From: Malacoraja senta
Lineage: Eukaryota
Length of the DNA stretch: 64,000 nt
Direction: 5' to 3'
Assembly: GCA_038087875.1 (NCBI GenBank)
Contig: CM075993.1
Span: forward strand, 11,658,001-11,722,000
The notes beneath the pieces are model-generated. The model did no database searches. It was not told the DNA's origin and saw only the letters and a program-made list of their open reading frames with translations. Positions 22,773-35,262 of this stretch are shown here, in pieces (the first letter of the stretch is position 1; every line of letters starts with the position of its first letter). The position numbers were made by a program, and so were the translations under genes.

Positions 22773-23623
22773 ATTAGAGATTAGAGATTCCTTTATTTGT
22801 CATTCAGACCTTTCGGTCTGAACGAAATTTCGTTGCCTGCAGTCATACATATAATAATAAATAACAAAACACACAATAAACACAAATTAAATTCCACCAC
22901 AGTGAGTTCACCAGGCACCTCCTCACTGTGATGGAGGCAAAAATCTTAAAGTCTCTGTCTCTTCCCTCCTTGTTCTTCCTCTGCGCTGAGGCGATCCAGG
23001 CTTCTGATGTTGTGACCCCGCCGGGTGATGGTAAGTCAGTCCCGCGGCTGAATCCGTGCTCCGCGACGGGACCGGTTCAAACTCCGCGGCCCGGGGTGGT
23101 CGAAGCTGCCGAAGCTGCCGCCCTCCAGTCCAGCGGACGCAGCTGTAGTTGCGGGAGCCCCAGAAAAACAGGTCACCAACCTGTGACCTGCGAGCTCCCG
23201 ACGATGTCGTCCACCAGGCCCGCGGCCGAGCCTCCGGATTCAGGTCGCCACCAGTGTCCCCGGTCGCCACCGCCGGAACGCCACCGCAGACCCGAAGCCG
23301 GCCAGCCTCGCGCTGGTAAGTCCTGGCTCTGCCTCCGGAGCCTCGAGGTCGGTCGGTCGCTCGCAGTTGGAGTTGGAGGCCGGCAGCTCCGCCATTAGGC
23401 CTCGGCGCAGACGGAGGCAGAGAAGGGGGATACGACAAGAAAAAGTCGCATTCCCCCGAAGGAAGAGACAAAAGTCATGTTTCACCCCCCCACCCCACAC
23501 ATACACATACACAACCCAATAAACTAAAATTTAACTAAAACAGGACAAAAGAAACCAACAAAAAAAGTAAAGACAGACGGACTGCAGGCGAGCCGCTGCT
23601 GTTCAACAGCGCCGCCACTTCCG
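22773..23623 (-). mobile_element. GC-rich non-autonomous retroposon, apparently full length
   Basis: Minus strand starts CGGAAGTGGCGGCGC; colinear with 19053-19831; (CTCTAAT)n tail. Confidence 0.82.
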
Positions 23624-23888
23624 ATGGCTGCACCAGTGCTGGTTCCATTGATGAGGTGGAAGGTGAGAGGCTGGATGTGGGTAGTGAGACAAGGTTATTG
23701 AGACTATGCACGCCTAATGAACAGATCACAGGGAACCGCAGATGCTGGAACATTGAACATATCACAAAGTGCTGGAGGAACTCAGCGGGTTAGGCAGCAT
23801 CTCCGGAGGTAATGTTCATAACTTCATCAGATAGACACATGATTCTGGAATAACAGCGAGACAGGCTGCATCTCTAGATGGCAGGAAT

Positions 23889-23925
23889 GGGTGACGTTTC
23901 GGGTCGAGACCCTTCTTCAGACTGA
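23889..23925 (-). ncRNA. Minimal type I hammerhead ribozyme motif, core intact (GUC)
   Basis: Reverse complement CAGT-CTGAAGA-A-GGGT CTCG ACCC-GAAAC-GTC-ACCC. Confidence 0.72.
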
Positions 23926-24070
23926 GAATCAGGGGAGAGAGAGACACAGAGATAATAATGTAAGGTGTGAAAATAAGACATCAAAAGGGACAAAAATCAA
24001 GGAAAATGTAGAATGGATCATTGTTAGCTCGGTGGAAGGTGGCAACAAATCATACAAAGATAAACATTTA

Positions 24071-24275
24071 AGGTCCTGTCCCACTTGGGCGTCATTTGCG
24101 CATAATTTACGCGACATAATTTAAGTTTCACGATGCACGATGCATTACGCACGCATAGTGCGTGGTGATGTAGGCAGTAATGTGGTCGCGCACGCCGCCC
24201 AGGATGTTGGGATGTACAAAATCTTCACGCGCCATCTGCGTGACGCGCAAATGACGCAAAAGTGGGGCATGCCCT
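24071..24275. mobile_element. Short MITE of the AGGGCCTGTCCCAC TIR family
   Basis: AGGTCCTGTCCCACTTGGGCGTCATTTGCGC ... GCGCAAATGACGCAAAAGTGGGGCATGCCCT, at a TA-rich site. Confidence 0.75.
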
Positions 24276-24374
24276 TAAATCAAGGGGACAGTCAGACAAT
24301 TAGGGTGCCGGACCAATGGACAGAGAGGGAAAGCAAGGGTTACCTGAAGTTAGAGTGGTCGATATTCTCATAGG

Positions 24375-24812
24375 TTCATAAGTTCTAGGAGCAGAATTCG
24401 GTGCATCAAGTCTACTCCACCATTTCCCTCTCAACCCCATTCTCCTGCCTTCTCCCCAAAACCCCTAACACCCGTACTAATCAAGAATCTGTTAATCTCC
24501 GCGTTGAAAATGTCCATTGACTTGGCCTCCACCGTCGTCTGTGGCAATGAATTCCACAGATTCACCACCCTCTGACTAAGGAAATTCCTCCCCACCTCCT
24601 TTCTGAAGGTACGTCCTTTAATTCTGAGGCTGCGGCCTCTGGTCCTAGACTCTCCCACTAGTGGAAACATCCTCTCCACATCCACTATCCAGGCCTTTCA
24701 CTGTTCTGTATGTTTCAAAGAGGTTCCCTCTCATTCTTCTAAACTCCAGCGAGGACAGGCATAGTGCCAACAAATGCTCATCATAGGTTAACCCACTCAT
24801 TCCTGGGATCAT
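24375..24812 (-). mobile_element. CR1 LINE 3' fragment
   Basis: ORF 24431-24685(-) encodes the CR1 C-terminus. Confidence 0.88.
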
Positions 24813-25154
24813 TATAGTTATAGACTATAGGTAGACCAGGTAGTCATAAAGTCATAGAACTGTACAGCAGAGAAATGACCCATCGGTCCAACTTGTCCAC
24901 GCTAATCGTGATATCCATCGATGCTCATTCCATTTGCATTCATTAAGGTATTTCTCTCTGCTCTCTTCCTGGCTCAATACTTGTCCAAATGCCATAAGGT
25001 CATAAGTGATAGGAGCAGAAATAGGCCATTCGGCCCATCACATCTACTCCGCCATCCAATCATGGCTGAACCCCATTCCCCTGCCTTCTCCCCATGACCT
25101 CGAAAAAGAGGCAAAGTACTGGAGTAACTCAACGGGTCAGGCAGCATGGTCAAT

Positions 25155-26078
25155 GGGGGCGCTGAAAGCTGGCAGCCCTGCCAGCAGCGTGTCAGTTCTT
25201 TCTACTGTTTTTGTTTTTTTAGTATGTCCTAATGTGGGTTTTTAATGTTCCTCTGTGTGTTTTGTGTGGGGGGGGTGGTGTGGGGGGGCAAGGGGGAAAC
25301 CGCTTCGGTCCGCTCCTCCACGGAAAGGCGACTTTTTTCAGTCACCTCCCTCGTGGCCTAACGGCAAGGATCGGTGCGGCCTTTCCCGGAGACGTGCCCG
25401 GGGCTTCAGCAGTGGGCGCAGCGCGGACTCTCGGTGTGGAGCGGGTGAACCCTCGCCGGGGCTCGCCGGAGGGGAGCGCTCCGTTCGCTCGCCCGCGGCA
25501 GCCTGAAGCCGTGGTCTGCAGAGCTCCGGCAGGTGCGGCGTCCGCAGCCTGGGATCCCTCGAGTGGGACCCGGGGGAAGAAGAAGCTCCGACTGCCGGCC
25601 CGCGGCCAACTTCTACCGCGGGCGCGGCGTGGACTTACCATCAGGAGCGGGGTCCCTCGCCGGGGATCCCTGGAGAGGATCTTCGACTGCCGGCCCTGCG
25701 GTCTGCGGTGCTTCTGGCTGCGGCACGGACTTTAAATCTTCGACCGCCGGCCTGCGGCCTACATCAGCCTGAAGCCGCGGTCTCCGGTGGGGAGTCACCG
25801 TTTCAGGACTTACCTGGACTTTTTACCTTGTCTACACAGCTGGACGCCCGCAGCGATGGCTGCGGAGGGTTGAGGTCCCGACCACGGGGGAAAATGGAGG
25901 AGGACTGGCCAATTTTTGTGCCTTCCACCACAGTGATGAATGGTGTGGTGGATGTTTGTGTTAAATTTTTAGTGTGTTTTTGTGTGTTCTTTCTTTTTCA
26001 TTGTACCGCTGCTGGCAAATTCATTTATGTGCAAGTGACGAATAAAACTGATTGTATTGTATTGTATTGTATTGTATT
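25155..26078 (+). mobile_element. GC-rich non-autonomous retroposon, divergent subfamily
   Basis: Same layout (U-rich tract, G run, GC core, CCACCACAG...TGTGGTGG hairpin, GTGACGAATAAA, (ATTGT)n tail) with a different core. Confidence 0.7.
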
Positions 26079-26289
26079 GAAGAACATGGATAGGTGACGC
26101 TTCAGGTTGGGACCCTTCTTCAGTTGAAGTTCCTCGTATCTGCCTTTTAAGCACGGTGATTGTACCTGCCTCTGGCAGTTCATTCCATATATTCACCACC
26201 CTTAGTCCTGGGGTGATATCCCTTCCCTTGTCTGAGGGGTGAAGTGACTCGACCACACCCTGCCCTCTAGTGTGCAGCAGGGGAAGGGC

Positions 26290-26470
26290 CCTCGTAAGTG
26301 GTCCTCTGCATTGACAGTGAGGCCACATGCAAAATGGAGGAACAAGGCCTTATATTTCACTTGGGTAGCTTGCAACCCAACCATATGAATATTAAATTGT
26401 TCAATTTCAGGTAAAAGATCTCGCTCTTCCAGCTTTCTTCCTCCTACTCCAATCAGTCTAAAGAAAGGTC
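26290..26470 (+). mobile_element. Degenerate Penelope GIY-YIG C-terminal fragment
   Basis: Similar to 7420-7530 (KMEEQGLIFHLGSLQPNHMNI). Confidence 0.65.
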
Positions 26471-26634
26471 AATAGACAATAGGTGCAGGAGTAGGCCATT
26501 CGGCCCTTCGAGCCAGCACCGCCATTCAATGTGATCATGGCTGATCATCCCCAATCAATACCCCGTTCCTGCCTTCTCCCCATATCCCCTGACTCCGCTA
26601 TTTTTAAGAGCCCTATCTAGCTCCCTCTTGAAAG

Positions 26635-26890
26635 CCGATTCCGTGCCGACCAGCGATCCCCCCATATTAACATTATCCTACACACACATAGGGACAAAAT
26701 ACAATAAGACCAAGCCAATAGACCTACAAACCTGCACGCCTTTGGAGCGTTGGAGGAAACCGGAGATCCCGCAGAAAACCCACGCAGGTCACGGGAAGAA
26801 CACAAAAACTCTGTATAGACAGCACCCGTAGTCAAAATCGAACCTGGGTCTCTGGCGCTGTAAGGCAGCAACTCTACCGCTGCGCCACAC
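26635..26890 (-). mobile_element. HE1-type SINE
   Basis: Matches the other copies. Confidence 0.85.
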
Positions 26891-27112
26891 TGTTTATTAT
26901 AAGGAGCACAATGGTGTCGTGACCGACAGACCTCATAGTTACAGAACATTTCTTGCCTCATTTGCTGTGAAACTCAGCATCTCTATTTTTTTACCGGTTA
27001 GTTTATTGTCACGTGTACCGAGGTACAGTGAACAGCTTTTGTTGTGTGCTATCCAGTCAGCAGAAACACAATACATGATCACAATCAAGCCATTTACAGT
27101 GTATAGATACAT

Positions 27113-27169
27113 AACCATATAACCATTACAGCACGGAAACAGGCAATCTCGGCCCTTCAAGTCCGTGCC

Positions 27170-27217
<48 letters not shown>

Positions 27218-28087
27218 TAAATACTTCCCCCTAGTCCCATCTACCTGCACTCAGACCATAACCCTCCATTCCTTTCCCGTCCATATACCCATCCAATCTA
27301 TTTTTAAAGGATAAAATCGAACCAGCCTCCACCACTTCCACTGGAAGCTCATTCCACACAGCTACCACTCTCTGAGTAAAGAAGTTCCCCCTAATGTTAC
27401 CCCTAAACTTCTGTCCCTTAATTCTCGTCATGTCCCCTTGTTTGAATCTTCCCTACTCTCAATGGAAAAAGCTTATCCACGTCAACTCTGTCTAACCCGC
27501 TCATAATTTTAAAGACCTCTATCAAGTCCCCTCTTAACCTTCTGCGCTCCAAAGAATAAAGACCTAACTTGTTCAACCTTTCTCTGTAACTTAGTTGCTG
27601 AAACCCAGGCAACATTCTAGTAAATCTCCTCTGTACCCTCTCTATTTTGTTGACATCCTTCCTATAATTAGGCGACCAAAATTGTACTCCATACTCCAGA
27701 ATTGGCCTCACCAATGCCTTGTACAATTTTAACATTACATCCCAACTTCTATATTCAATGCTCTGATTTATAAAGGCCAGCACCCCAAAAGCTTTCTTTA
27801 CCACCCTATCTACATGAGATTCCACCTTCAGGGAACTATGCACAGTTATTCCTAGATCCCTCTGTTCAACTGCATTCCTCAATTCTCTACCATTTACCAT
27901 GTACGTCCTATTTTGATTTGTCCTGCCGAGATGTAGCACCTCACATTTGTCAGCATTAAACTCCATCTGCCATATTTCAGCCCACTCTTCCAAATGGCCT
28001 AAATCTCTCTGTAGACTTTGAAAATCTACTTCATTATCCACCACACCACCTATCTTAGTATTATCTGCATACTTACTAATCCATACT
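27113..28087 (-). mobile_element. Young CR1/HER1 LINE fragment (frameshift near 27425) inserted in a Rex1-like 3' end (26998-28230)
   Basis: ORFs 27418-28044 and 27231-27431(-); TACAT duplicated at 27108-27112 and 28088-28092; (TA)n microsatellite at about 27172-27206 in the 3' UTR. Confidence 0.92.
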
Positions 28088-28349
28088 TACATGATAAGGG
28101 AATAACGTTTCGTGCAAGTTAAAGCCAGTAAAGTCCGAACAAGGATATTCGAGGGTCACCAAAGAGATAGACAGTAGTTCAAACTGCTGTCAGGTTGTGG
28201 TAGGATGGTTCAGTTGCCTGATAACAGCTGGGATCAGCCCTTGTTCCCGGGGGCAGTGCGTGTTGGTGCTGGCTGCCGGGAGCCAGCGTGTAGCGGAAAC
28301 CCACTAACTCACAGGGGCATTGTGACATCTTCTCTCAGCTCCAGCACCA

Positions 28350-28645
28350 GGGTGGCACGGTGGCGCAGCGGTAGAGTTGCTGTCGTACAGCGCCAGAGAC
28401 CCGGGTTCGATTCTGACTACGGGTGCTGTCTGTACGGAGTTTGTACGTTCTCCCCGTGACCTGCATCGGTTTTCTCCGGGTGCTTCGGTTTCCTCCCACT
28501 CTCCAAAGACGTACAGGTTTGTAGGTTAATTGGCTTCGGTAAAAATAGTAAATTGTCCCTAGTGTGTGTCGGATAGGGTCGGCACGGACTCAGTGGGCCA
28601 AAGGGCCTGTTTCTGCGCTGTATCTCGAAACTAAACGAAACTAAA
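28350..28645 (+). mobile_element. HE1-type SINE, full length
   Basis: GGGTGGCACGGTGGCGCAGCGGTAGAG...GGGTTCGATTC...V-domain...GGGCCAAAGGGCCTGTTTC...(CTAAA)n. Confidence 0.92.
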
Positions 28646-29724
28646 CACCAGGTGCAGTGAGGGAGGAGAGACGGTAATTTGTTAAACTCTGCACTAGTTG
28701 ATAATGATGGCGTGGAACTCAGAGGGGCTACACTTGGTGGAGGAGATGAAGCCTCTGGGCTGGGCTGTCAGGTTAGTGGAGATGGGAGCTGGGAACACAG
28801 GGGAAGCAGCAGTTGTGGCCCTGGTACTGGAACTATACAAATCACCTTCCTCACAGGCAATGCTGCTCGTTAACACATGCCAGCTACTCACTCTCAGTAA
28901 CGCTGTGATAGTTCATCATTTACCTGGTAAAGAACAATTCTGAATACTTTTGACAATCTCAGGGCCGCCCAAAACAATGTATATCCAACCAAATGCAATA
29001 GAGTTGCTGCCTCAAAGTGCCAGAGACCCGGGTTCGATCCTGACTATGGGTGCTTGTCTGTACAGAATTTGTACGTTCTCCCTGTGACCTGCGTTGGTTT
29101 TCCGTCTGTAGCACTGAATTCCACAGATTCACCGCCCTCTGGCTCCAGCTTTCTGAAGCTACGTCCTTTTATTCTGAGGCTGTGCTCTCTGATTCTAGAC
29201 TTTTCAATTCATTAACATCCTATCCACATCAACTCTATCAAGGGCTTTCATTATCAGTTAGGTTTCAATGAGATCCCCCCCCCCCCCCCCCCATCCTTCT
29301 AAACCGCAGCAAGTACAGGCCCAGAGACTTCAATCGCTTCACATACATTAACCCAATCATCCCCAAGGATCGATCGTACATCATATTTGGACCCTCTCCG
29401 AAGCCAGTACACCCTTCCTCAGATATGGGTCCCAAAAATTTTCACAGTATTCCAAATTTGGCCCCAAAAAGGTGCACAGCTTTCTATCTGGGGAGAGGAT
29501 TCAGACATCGGAGATGCAAAGGGATTTTGGAGTGCTGGTGCAGGATTCCCAAGTTAATTTGTAGATTGACCCGGCAGTAAGGAAGGCATTCATTTCAAGG
29601 TGACAAATTTCAAAGCAAGGATGTGATGTTTTATCAGGCTGACTATCCCTAATCAACCCATGTTTAGTTTACTTGAGTTGAGTTCAGTTTAATTTATTGT
29701 CACGTGTACCGAGGTACAGTGACA

Positions 29725-30645
29725 AGTATAGGAGTGAAGAGGTCCTTCTGCAGTTGTACAGGACCCTGGTGAGACCACATCTGGAGTATTGTGTGCAGTT
29801 TTGGTCTCCTAATTTGAAGAAGGACATCCTTGCTATTGAGGGAGTGCAGCGTAGGTTCACCAGGTTAATTTAGAGATTAGAGAGAGATTCCTTTATTTGT
29901 CATTCAGACCTTTCGGTCTGAACGAAATTTCGTTGCCTGCAGTCATACATATAATAAACACACAATAAACACAAATTAACATCCACCACAGTGAGTTCAC
30001 CAGGCACCTCCTCACTGTGATGGAGGCAAAAGTCTTAAAGTCTCTGTCTCTTCCCTCTTTGTTCTCCCTCTGCGCTGAGGCGATCCAGGCTTCTGATGCT
30101 GTGACCCCGCCGGGCGACGGTAAGTCAGTACCGCGGCCGAATCCGTGCTCCGCGACGGGCCGGCTCAAATTCCCAGGATGGCGGGACTGTCACAGGAGGA
30201 AAGATTAGAAAGACTGGGCTTGTATTCACTGGAAATTATAAGGTTGAGAAGGGATCTTATAGAAATGTATAAAATTATAATAGGACTGGACAAGCTAGAT
30301 GCAGGAAAAAATTTCCCAATGTTGGGGGAGTCCAGAACCATAGGCCACAGTCTAAGAATAAAGCGGAGGCCATTTAAAACTAATAAAGCGGAGGCCATTT
30401 AAAACTGAGATGAGAAAAATCCTTCACCCAGAGAGTTGTGAATTTGTGGAATTCTCTGCCTCAGAAGGCAGTGGAGGCCAATTCACTGGATGAATTTAAA
30501 GGTGAGTTAGATAGAGCTCTAGGGGCGAGCGGAATCAAGGGATATGGGGAGAAGGCAGGCAGGGTTACTGATTGTAGATGATCAGCTGGCTCGAAGGGCC
30601 AAATGGCCTCCTCCTGCACCTTTCTTTCTACATTCTATGTTTCTA
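29725..30645 (+). mobile_element. CR1 LINE 3' fragment interrupted by a GC-rich retroposon
   Basis: [19 protein letters not shown] sequence resumes near 30168; 25-bp tandem duplication near 30357-30406. Confidence 0.88.
29872..30165 (-). mobile_element. 5'-truncated GC-rich retroposon
   Basis: Near-identical to 22773-23080. Confidence 0.85.
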
Positions 30646-30695
30646 AAAGCTTTTGTTGCATGCTAACCAGTCAACGGAAAGACAATACATGATTG

Positions 30696-30965
30696 CTTAG
30701 TTTAGTTAAGTTTAGTAAAGTGAAACAGGCCCTTCAGCCCACCATGTCCACACTGACCACCAATCACTGCACACTAACACCATCCTACACAGACTTGGGA
30801 TAATTTACTATTTTGCCAAGCCAATTAGCCTGCAAACCTGTGCGTCTTTGGGATGTGCGGAGAAACCGGAGCGCCTGGAGAAAACCCAATCAGTCTCGTG
30901 GAGAACGTACAAACTCTGTACAGACAGCACCCGTAGTCAGGATCGAACCCGGGTCTCTGGTGCTG
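30696..30965 (-). mobile_element. HE1-type SINE
   Basis: Matches the other copies. Confidence 0.8.
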
Positions 30966-31914
30966 CTATATATCTTATCCCTCAGCATCCTCTTCTAGAA
31001 CTACCTACCACAAATTCTCACTGGTCTATAGTCTCCATGTTTATGGAACACTTCTTAAACAGGGGCACAACATTGGCCACCCACACAATCTGAAGAAGGG
31101 TCTTGACCCAGAACATGGTATGTCCATTCCCCTCCACAGATGCTGCCTGACCTGTTGAGTTCCTCCAGTAATTTGCATTTTTCAGCATCTGCAGTCTTTT
31201 GCATCTGTGCCATACCAGTCTGTTTTCACATATGCAAGGACTTAGAAGCGCTGGAGTAACTCAACGGGACGGGCGGCATCTCTGGAGAGAAGGGATGTGT
31301 GGCGTTTCAGGTCAAGACCCTTCTTTGGGTCAACAGAGCAACAAGAAGCCGCAATATCTTTTAAAACACTTATTCCAGTGGATTAGTTTAGTGGCTTTTG
31401 TGCAGCTTTCTATTGCTGCCACTAAATGGAAGCGCGCTTGTCCGCTCACCATGTGGTTACAAGTGTGCCTGGGGCGTGAATGAAATTAGTGTTTCCTTCT
31501 GTTGTCCCCAGTTATCGCCTCCACGGGCAGCGGGATTGATGTTGTGTCAGCTTGTACAACCCTGAACATCATGAAACCCGTGCTCTGAAAGTCTCACGTG
31601 AAGAATTGCGTCTCTCTGTCCCGACACTTCCCTGTGAGAGTGAGGTTGAAATGTCCTTGTCAGGATCAGGACAATGTCTCCCCAGCCTGGCATGATATGA
31701 GATTGGCTATGAAAGCTACGTGTTAGCTGAAGCATTGTAAACATGTCTATGTTGGCATTGACCTACACAATTGGATTAACAAAGTACTTTCCTCTTTATA
31801 AAACTGTCAGGAAAAATGATTTCCTTCCCGCTAGTATCTCCTGATACATTCCTGTCTTGTTGTTAAATGTTGTAGTTAGTTTAGATTAAAGATGCAGCAT
31901 CAAAACATGCCCTT

Positions 31915-32045
31915 ATGTGTAGGAAAGAACTGCAGGTGCTGGTTTAAATCGAACATAGACACAAAATGCCGGAGTAACTCTGCGGGACAGGCAGCATCTC
32001 TGGAGAGAAGGAATGGGTGATGTTTTGGTTCCAGACTTCAGACAT
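31915..32045 (-). mobile_element. Penelope-end fragment (subfamily B) abutting a plus-strand Penelope
   Basis: GAACTGCAGGTGCTGGTTTAAA...GGAGTAACTC...GCAGCATCTCTGGAGAGAAGGAATGGGTGA. Confidence 0.75.
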
Positions 32046-32047
32046 AC

Positions 32048-32641
32048 CCTTGTCCCTTCACCTCCCCCCTCTACTCCATTCAGGGACCTAAGCAGTCGTT
32101 CCAGGTGCGACAGAGGTTCACCTGCATCTCCTCCAACCTCATCTATTGCATCCGCTGCTCTAGATGCCAGCTGATCTATATCGGTGAGACCAAGCGGAGG
32201 CTTGGCGATCGTTTCGCCGAACACCTCCGGTCGGTCCGCAATAACCAACCTGACCTCCCGGTGGCTCAGCACTTCAACTCCCCCTCCCATTCCGTATCTG
32301 ACCTCTCTGTCCTGGGTCTCCTCCATGGCCACAGCGAGCAACACCGTAAATTGGAGGAAATGCACCTCATATTCCGCTTGGGCAGTCTACATCCTGGGGG
32401 CTTGAACATTGAATTCTCCCAATTCTGCTAGCCCTTGCTGTCCCCTCCCCTTCATCAGCCCTCTGGTTGTCTCCTCCCCTCCCCCAGCCCTCGGGCTCCT
32501 CCTCCGCATTTTTCCTTTTTTCCTTTCTTCTCCCCACCCCCTATCAGTCTGAAGAAGGGTTTCGACCCGAAACTTTACCTATTTCCTTCGCTCCATAGAT
32601 GCTGCTGCACCCGCTGAGTTTCTCCAGCATTTTTGTGTACC
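32048..32641 (+). mobile_element. 5'-truncated Neptune-type Penelope element (GIY-YIG fragment plus hammerhead-like end)
   Basis: ORF 32105-32431 is near-identical to 7204-7530; same 3' terminus TTTTTGTGTACC; CTGAAGA-A-GGGT TTCG ACCC-GAAAC at 32549-32573. Confidence 0.9.
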
Positions 32642-33104
32642 CTTACATTAGTTTAGTTTAGTTTATTATCACATGTACCGAGTTTTAATGAGGTCTCCCC
32701 TCGTCCTTCTAAACTCCAGGGAGTACAGGCCCAGTACCGTCAAACACTCATCATACGTTAAGGCACGTTACCTTCCATTACTTCAGCACCAGGTTGAATG
32801 CTTCAGCTGATGCAAGATTCACTTCTATTTGTGTTGAGATATACATTCCAGACAATTCAAGGCAGTTTAAATACCACACCAGGTATCAGAGCTTCACACA
32901 TGGTCACTGTATGAGATTGATATTCATTAATACACATAAACTCATGGATTCTCAGAAACCTATGTTCAGATGGGTTTGACCTGATATCTTTCCACAGATA
33001 TTGTTTAGTTTAAAGCGAAGGTAGACACAAAAAGCTGGAGTACGTCAGCGGGACAAGCAGCATCTCTGGAGAGAAGGAATGGGCGACATTTCTGGGGTCG
33101 AGAC

Positions 33105-33940
33105 AGAAACAGGCCCTTCTGCCCACTGAGTCCGCACCGACCAGCAATCTCCGCACATTAACAATATCCTACACACACTAAGTAAGTAAGTAAGTAAGTA
33201 AGTACGTTTATTGGCCAAGTATTCACATACAAGGAATTTGCCTTGGTGCTCCGCCCACAAGTAACAACATGACATACAGTGACAGTTACGAATGACTCAG
33301 AAAACACTAAACATTAATAATAATAAAACATTAATGATAAAACACCATTGATCAAGCTTGTGAACCAACAAAATACCAGATCAAAGGGAGGCTACAAATT
33401 TTTGGCTGTTGAGTAGAGCAACTACTCGTGGATAAAAACTGTTTTTATGTCTGGCTGTGGCAGCTTTGACAGTCCGGAGTCGCCTTCCAGATAGAAGTGA
33501 TTCAAAGAGTTTGTGGCCAGGGTGAGAGGGGTCAGAGATGATCTTGCCCACTTGCTTCCTGGCCCTTGCAGTGTACAGTTCATCAATGGAGGGAAGGTTG
33601 CACTAGGGACAATTTACATTTATACCAAGCCAATTAACCTACAAACTGCGACGAAGGGTCTCGACCTGAAAAGTCACCCATTCCTTCTCTCCGGAGATCC
33701 TCCAGCTTTTTGTGTCTATCTTCGGTTTAAACCAGCATCTGCAGTTCCTTCCTACACAACCGACAAACCTGTACGTCTTTGGAGTGTGGGAGGAAACCGA
33801 AGATCTCGTAGAAAATCCACGCGGTCACGGGGAGAACGTAAAACTCCGTACAGACAGCACCCGTGGTCGGGATCGAACCCGGGTTTCCGGCGCTGCAAGC
33901 GCTGTAAGGCAGCAACTCTACCGCTGCACCACCGTGCTGC
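33105..33940 (-). mobile_element. HE1-type SINE interrupted by a Rex1-like fragment and a Penelope-end piece (about 33650-33755)
   Basis: SINE segments are colinear across both inserts. Confidence 0.8.
33181..33600 (-). mobile_element. Rex1/Babar-like LINE 3' fragment
   Basis: Minus strand encodes LPSIDELY...DPSHPGHKLFESLLSGRRLR...KNSFYP; (TACT)n tail; CACTA at 33176-33180 and 33601-33605. Confidence 0.85.
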
Positions 33941-34770
33941 CGTATACTTTCCCCTGACATTCTACCTCCCCAAGGACAACACCTCACAATTGCTCAGATT
34001 AAACTCATAGAAACATAGACTACAGATGCAGGAGTAGGCCATTCGGCCCTTCGAGCCAGCACCGCCATTCAATATGATCATGGCTGATCATCCCCAATCA
34101 GTACCCCGTTCCTGCTTTCACCTCATATCCCTTGATTCCGTTAGCCCTAAGAGCTCTATCTAACTCTCTCTTGAAAACATCGTGAATTGGCCTCCACTGC
34201 TTTCTGTGGCAGAGAATTGCACAGATTCACAACTTCCAGGGTGAAAAACATTTTTCTCATCTCAGTCCTAAATGGCCGACCCCTTTATGCTCATCTGCCA
34301 TATCTACCCGTTTCTGTAACTGATCTAAATCCTGTTGTACCCTTTGACAGACTTTCTCACTGTTCACAACTCCACCAATGTTGGTGCCATCTGCAAGACT
34401 TACTAACCAACCCATCCACATATATATATCTCCAAGTCCTTTACATATATATTCTTAAACAACAGAGGTGATGGGAGAAGGGCAGAGTGGCGTTCAGAGG
34501 TTCAATGGCTCCTTTAGTATCACATCTATCAAGGTACAGTGAGATTTTTTGTATGCAGATCGGGAGATTATAGCCCAACATAAGTACAATGAGAAAGAGC
34601 CCACTGAGTATAGGCAAGAGTCGCCATGTATTGGCGCCATTTCACAGTGGCCACTGCAGTTGGCCAGAAAGGACCGTAATGTTGTCTCACAAACCGTCGT
34701 CCCTCTCTCTGCTCATCCATCTGCAAACTTGGGCACCTACAATGGGCGACCTTGAGGGTGTGGAAGGTAA

Positions 34771-35262
34771 AGGGCCTGTCCCACTTACGCGACCCTGGCT
34801 CGCAAATTATGCGACCTCGTGGTCGCTTGAGGCGTATGGGCACTATATGGCCACGCGGGGCCGGTACCACATAGAAGCGCGGAGTTGTGCGGAGCTGGTC
34901 CCGACATCGCGCGGGGCTCCGAAATTCTTGCAGTGGTCGAAATCTTCACGCGCCAATGGCCTGTTGGCACGCAGGCGCATTGCGGTCGTACGCAACGTCT
35001 TGATGTCGTATGCAGCGTCTTGATGGCGTACGCCTAGCGCGTGGCGTTGCACGATGACGTCACCACCATGCGTGGCGTTGCGTTATTAAGTCGGCCCGCC
35101 CCCTGCCCAGCTGATTGGTAAGCATGACGCAAATGACGTCACGCGCGAACTTAGCGCGTACTTAGCGCGAACTTAGCGCGTACTTAGCGCGAACTTGGGT
35201 GAACTCCGCTTCCGTCTGGTCGCGCCAAATGCACGCAATCACATGCAAGTGGGACAGGCCCT
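34771..35262. mobile_element. MITE of the AGGGCCTGTCCCAC TIR family
   Basis: 16-bp TIR AGGGCCTGTCCCACTT/AAGTGGGACAGGCCCT; internal segment homologous (inverted) to 22030-22075; 11-mer CTTAGCGCGWA repeated about four times. Confidence 0.85.

Larger units (their letters stand above)
23830..24370 (-). mobile_element. Penelope-like element 3' region (subfamily B), interrupted by a MITE
   Basis: Homologous to 4910-5210; contains an intact hammerhead motif. Confidence 0.75.

Noticed and set aside
28350..28420. tRNA gene
   Set aside because: The A/B boxes belong to a SINE head that continues into the V-domain and LINE tail; it is repeated about 20 times in the window.
31490..31600. Possible splice acceptor (pyrimidine tract plus CAG near 31511)
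   Set aside because: All three frames stop within about 25 codons, the peptides are unrecognisable, and no partner exons were found.
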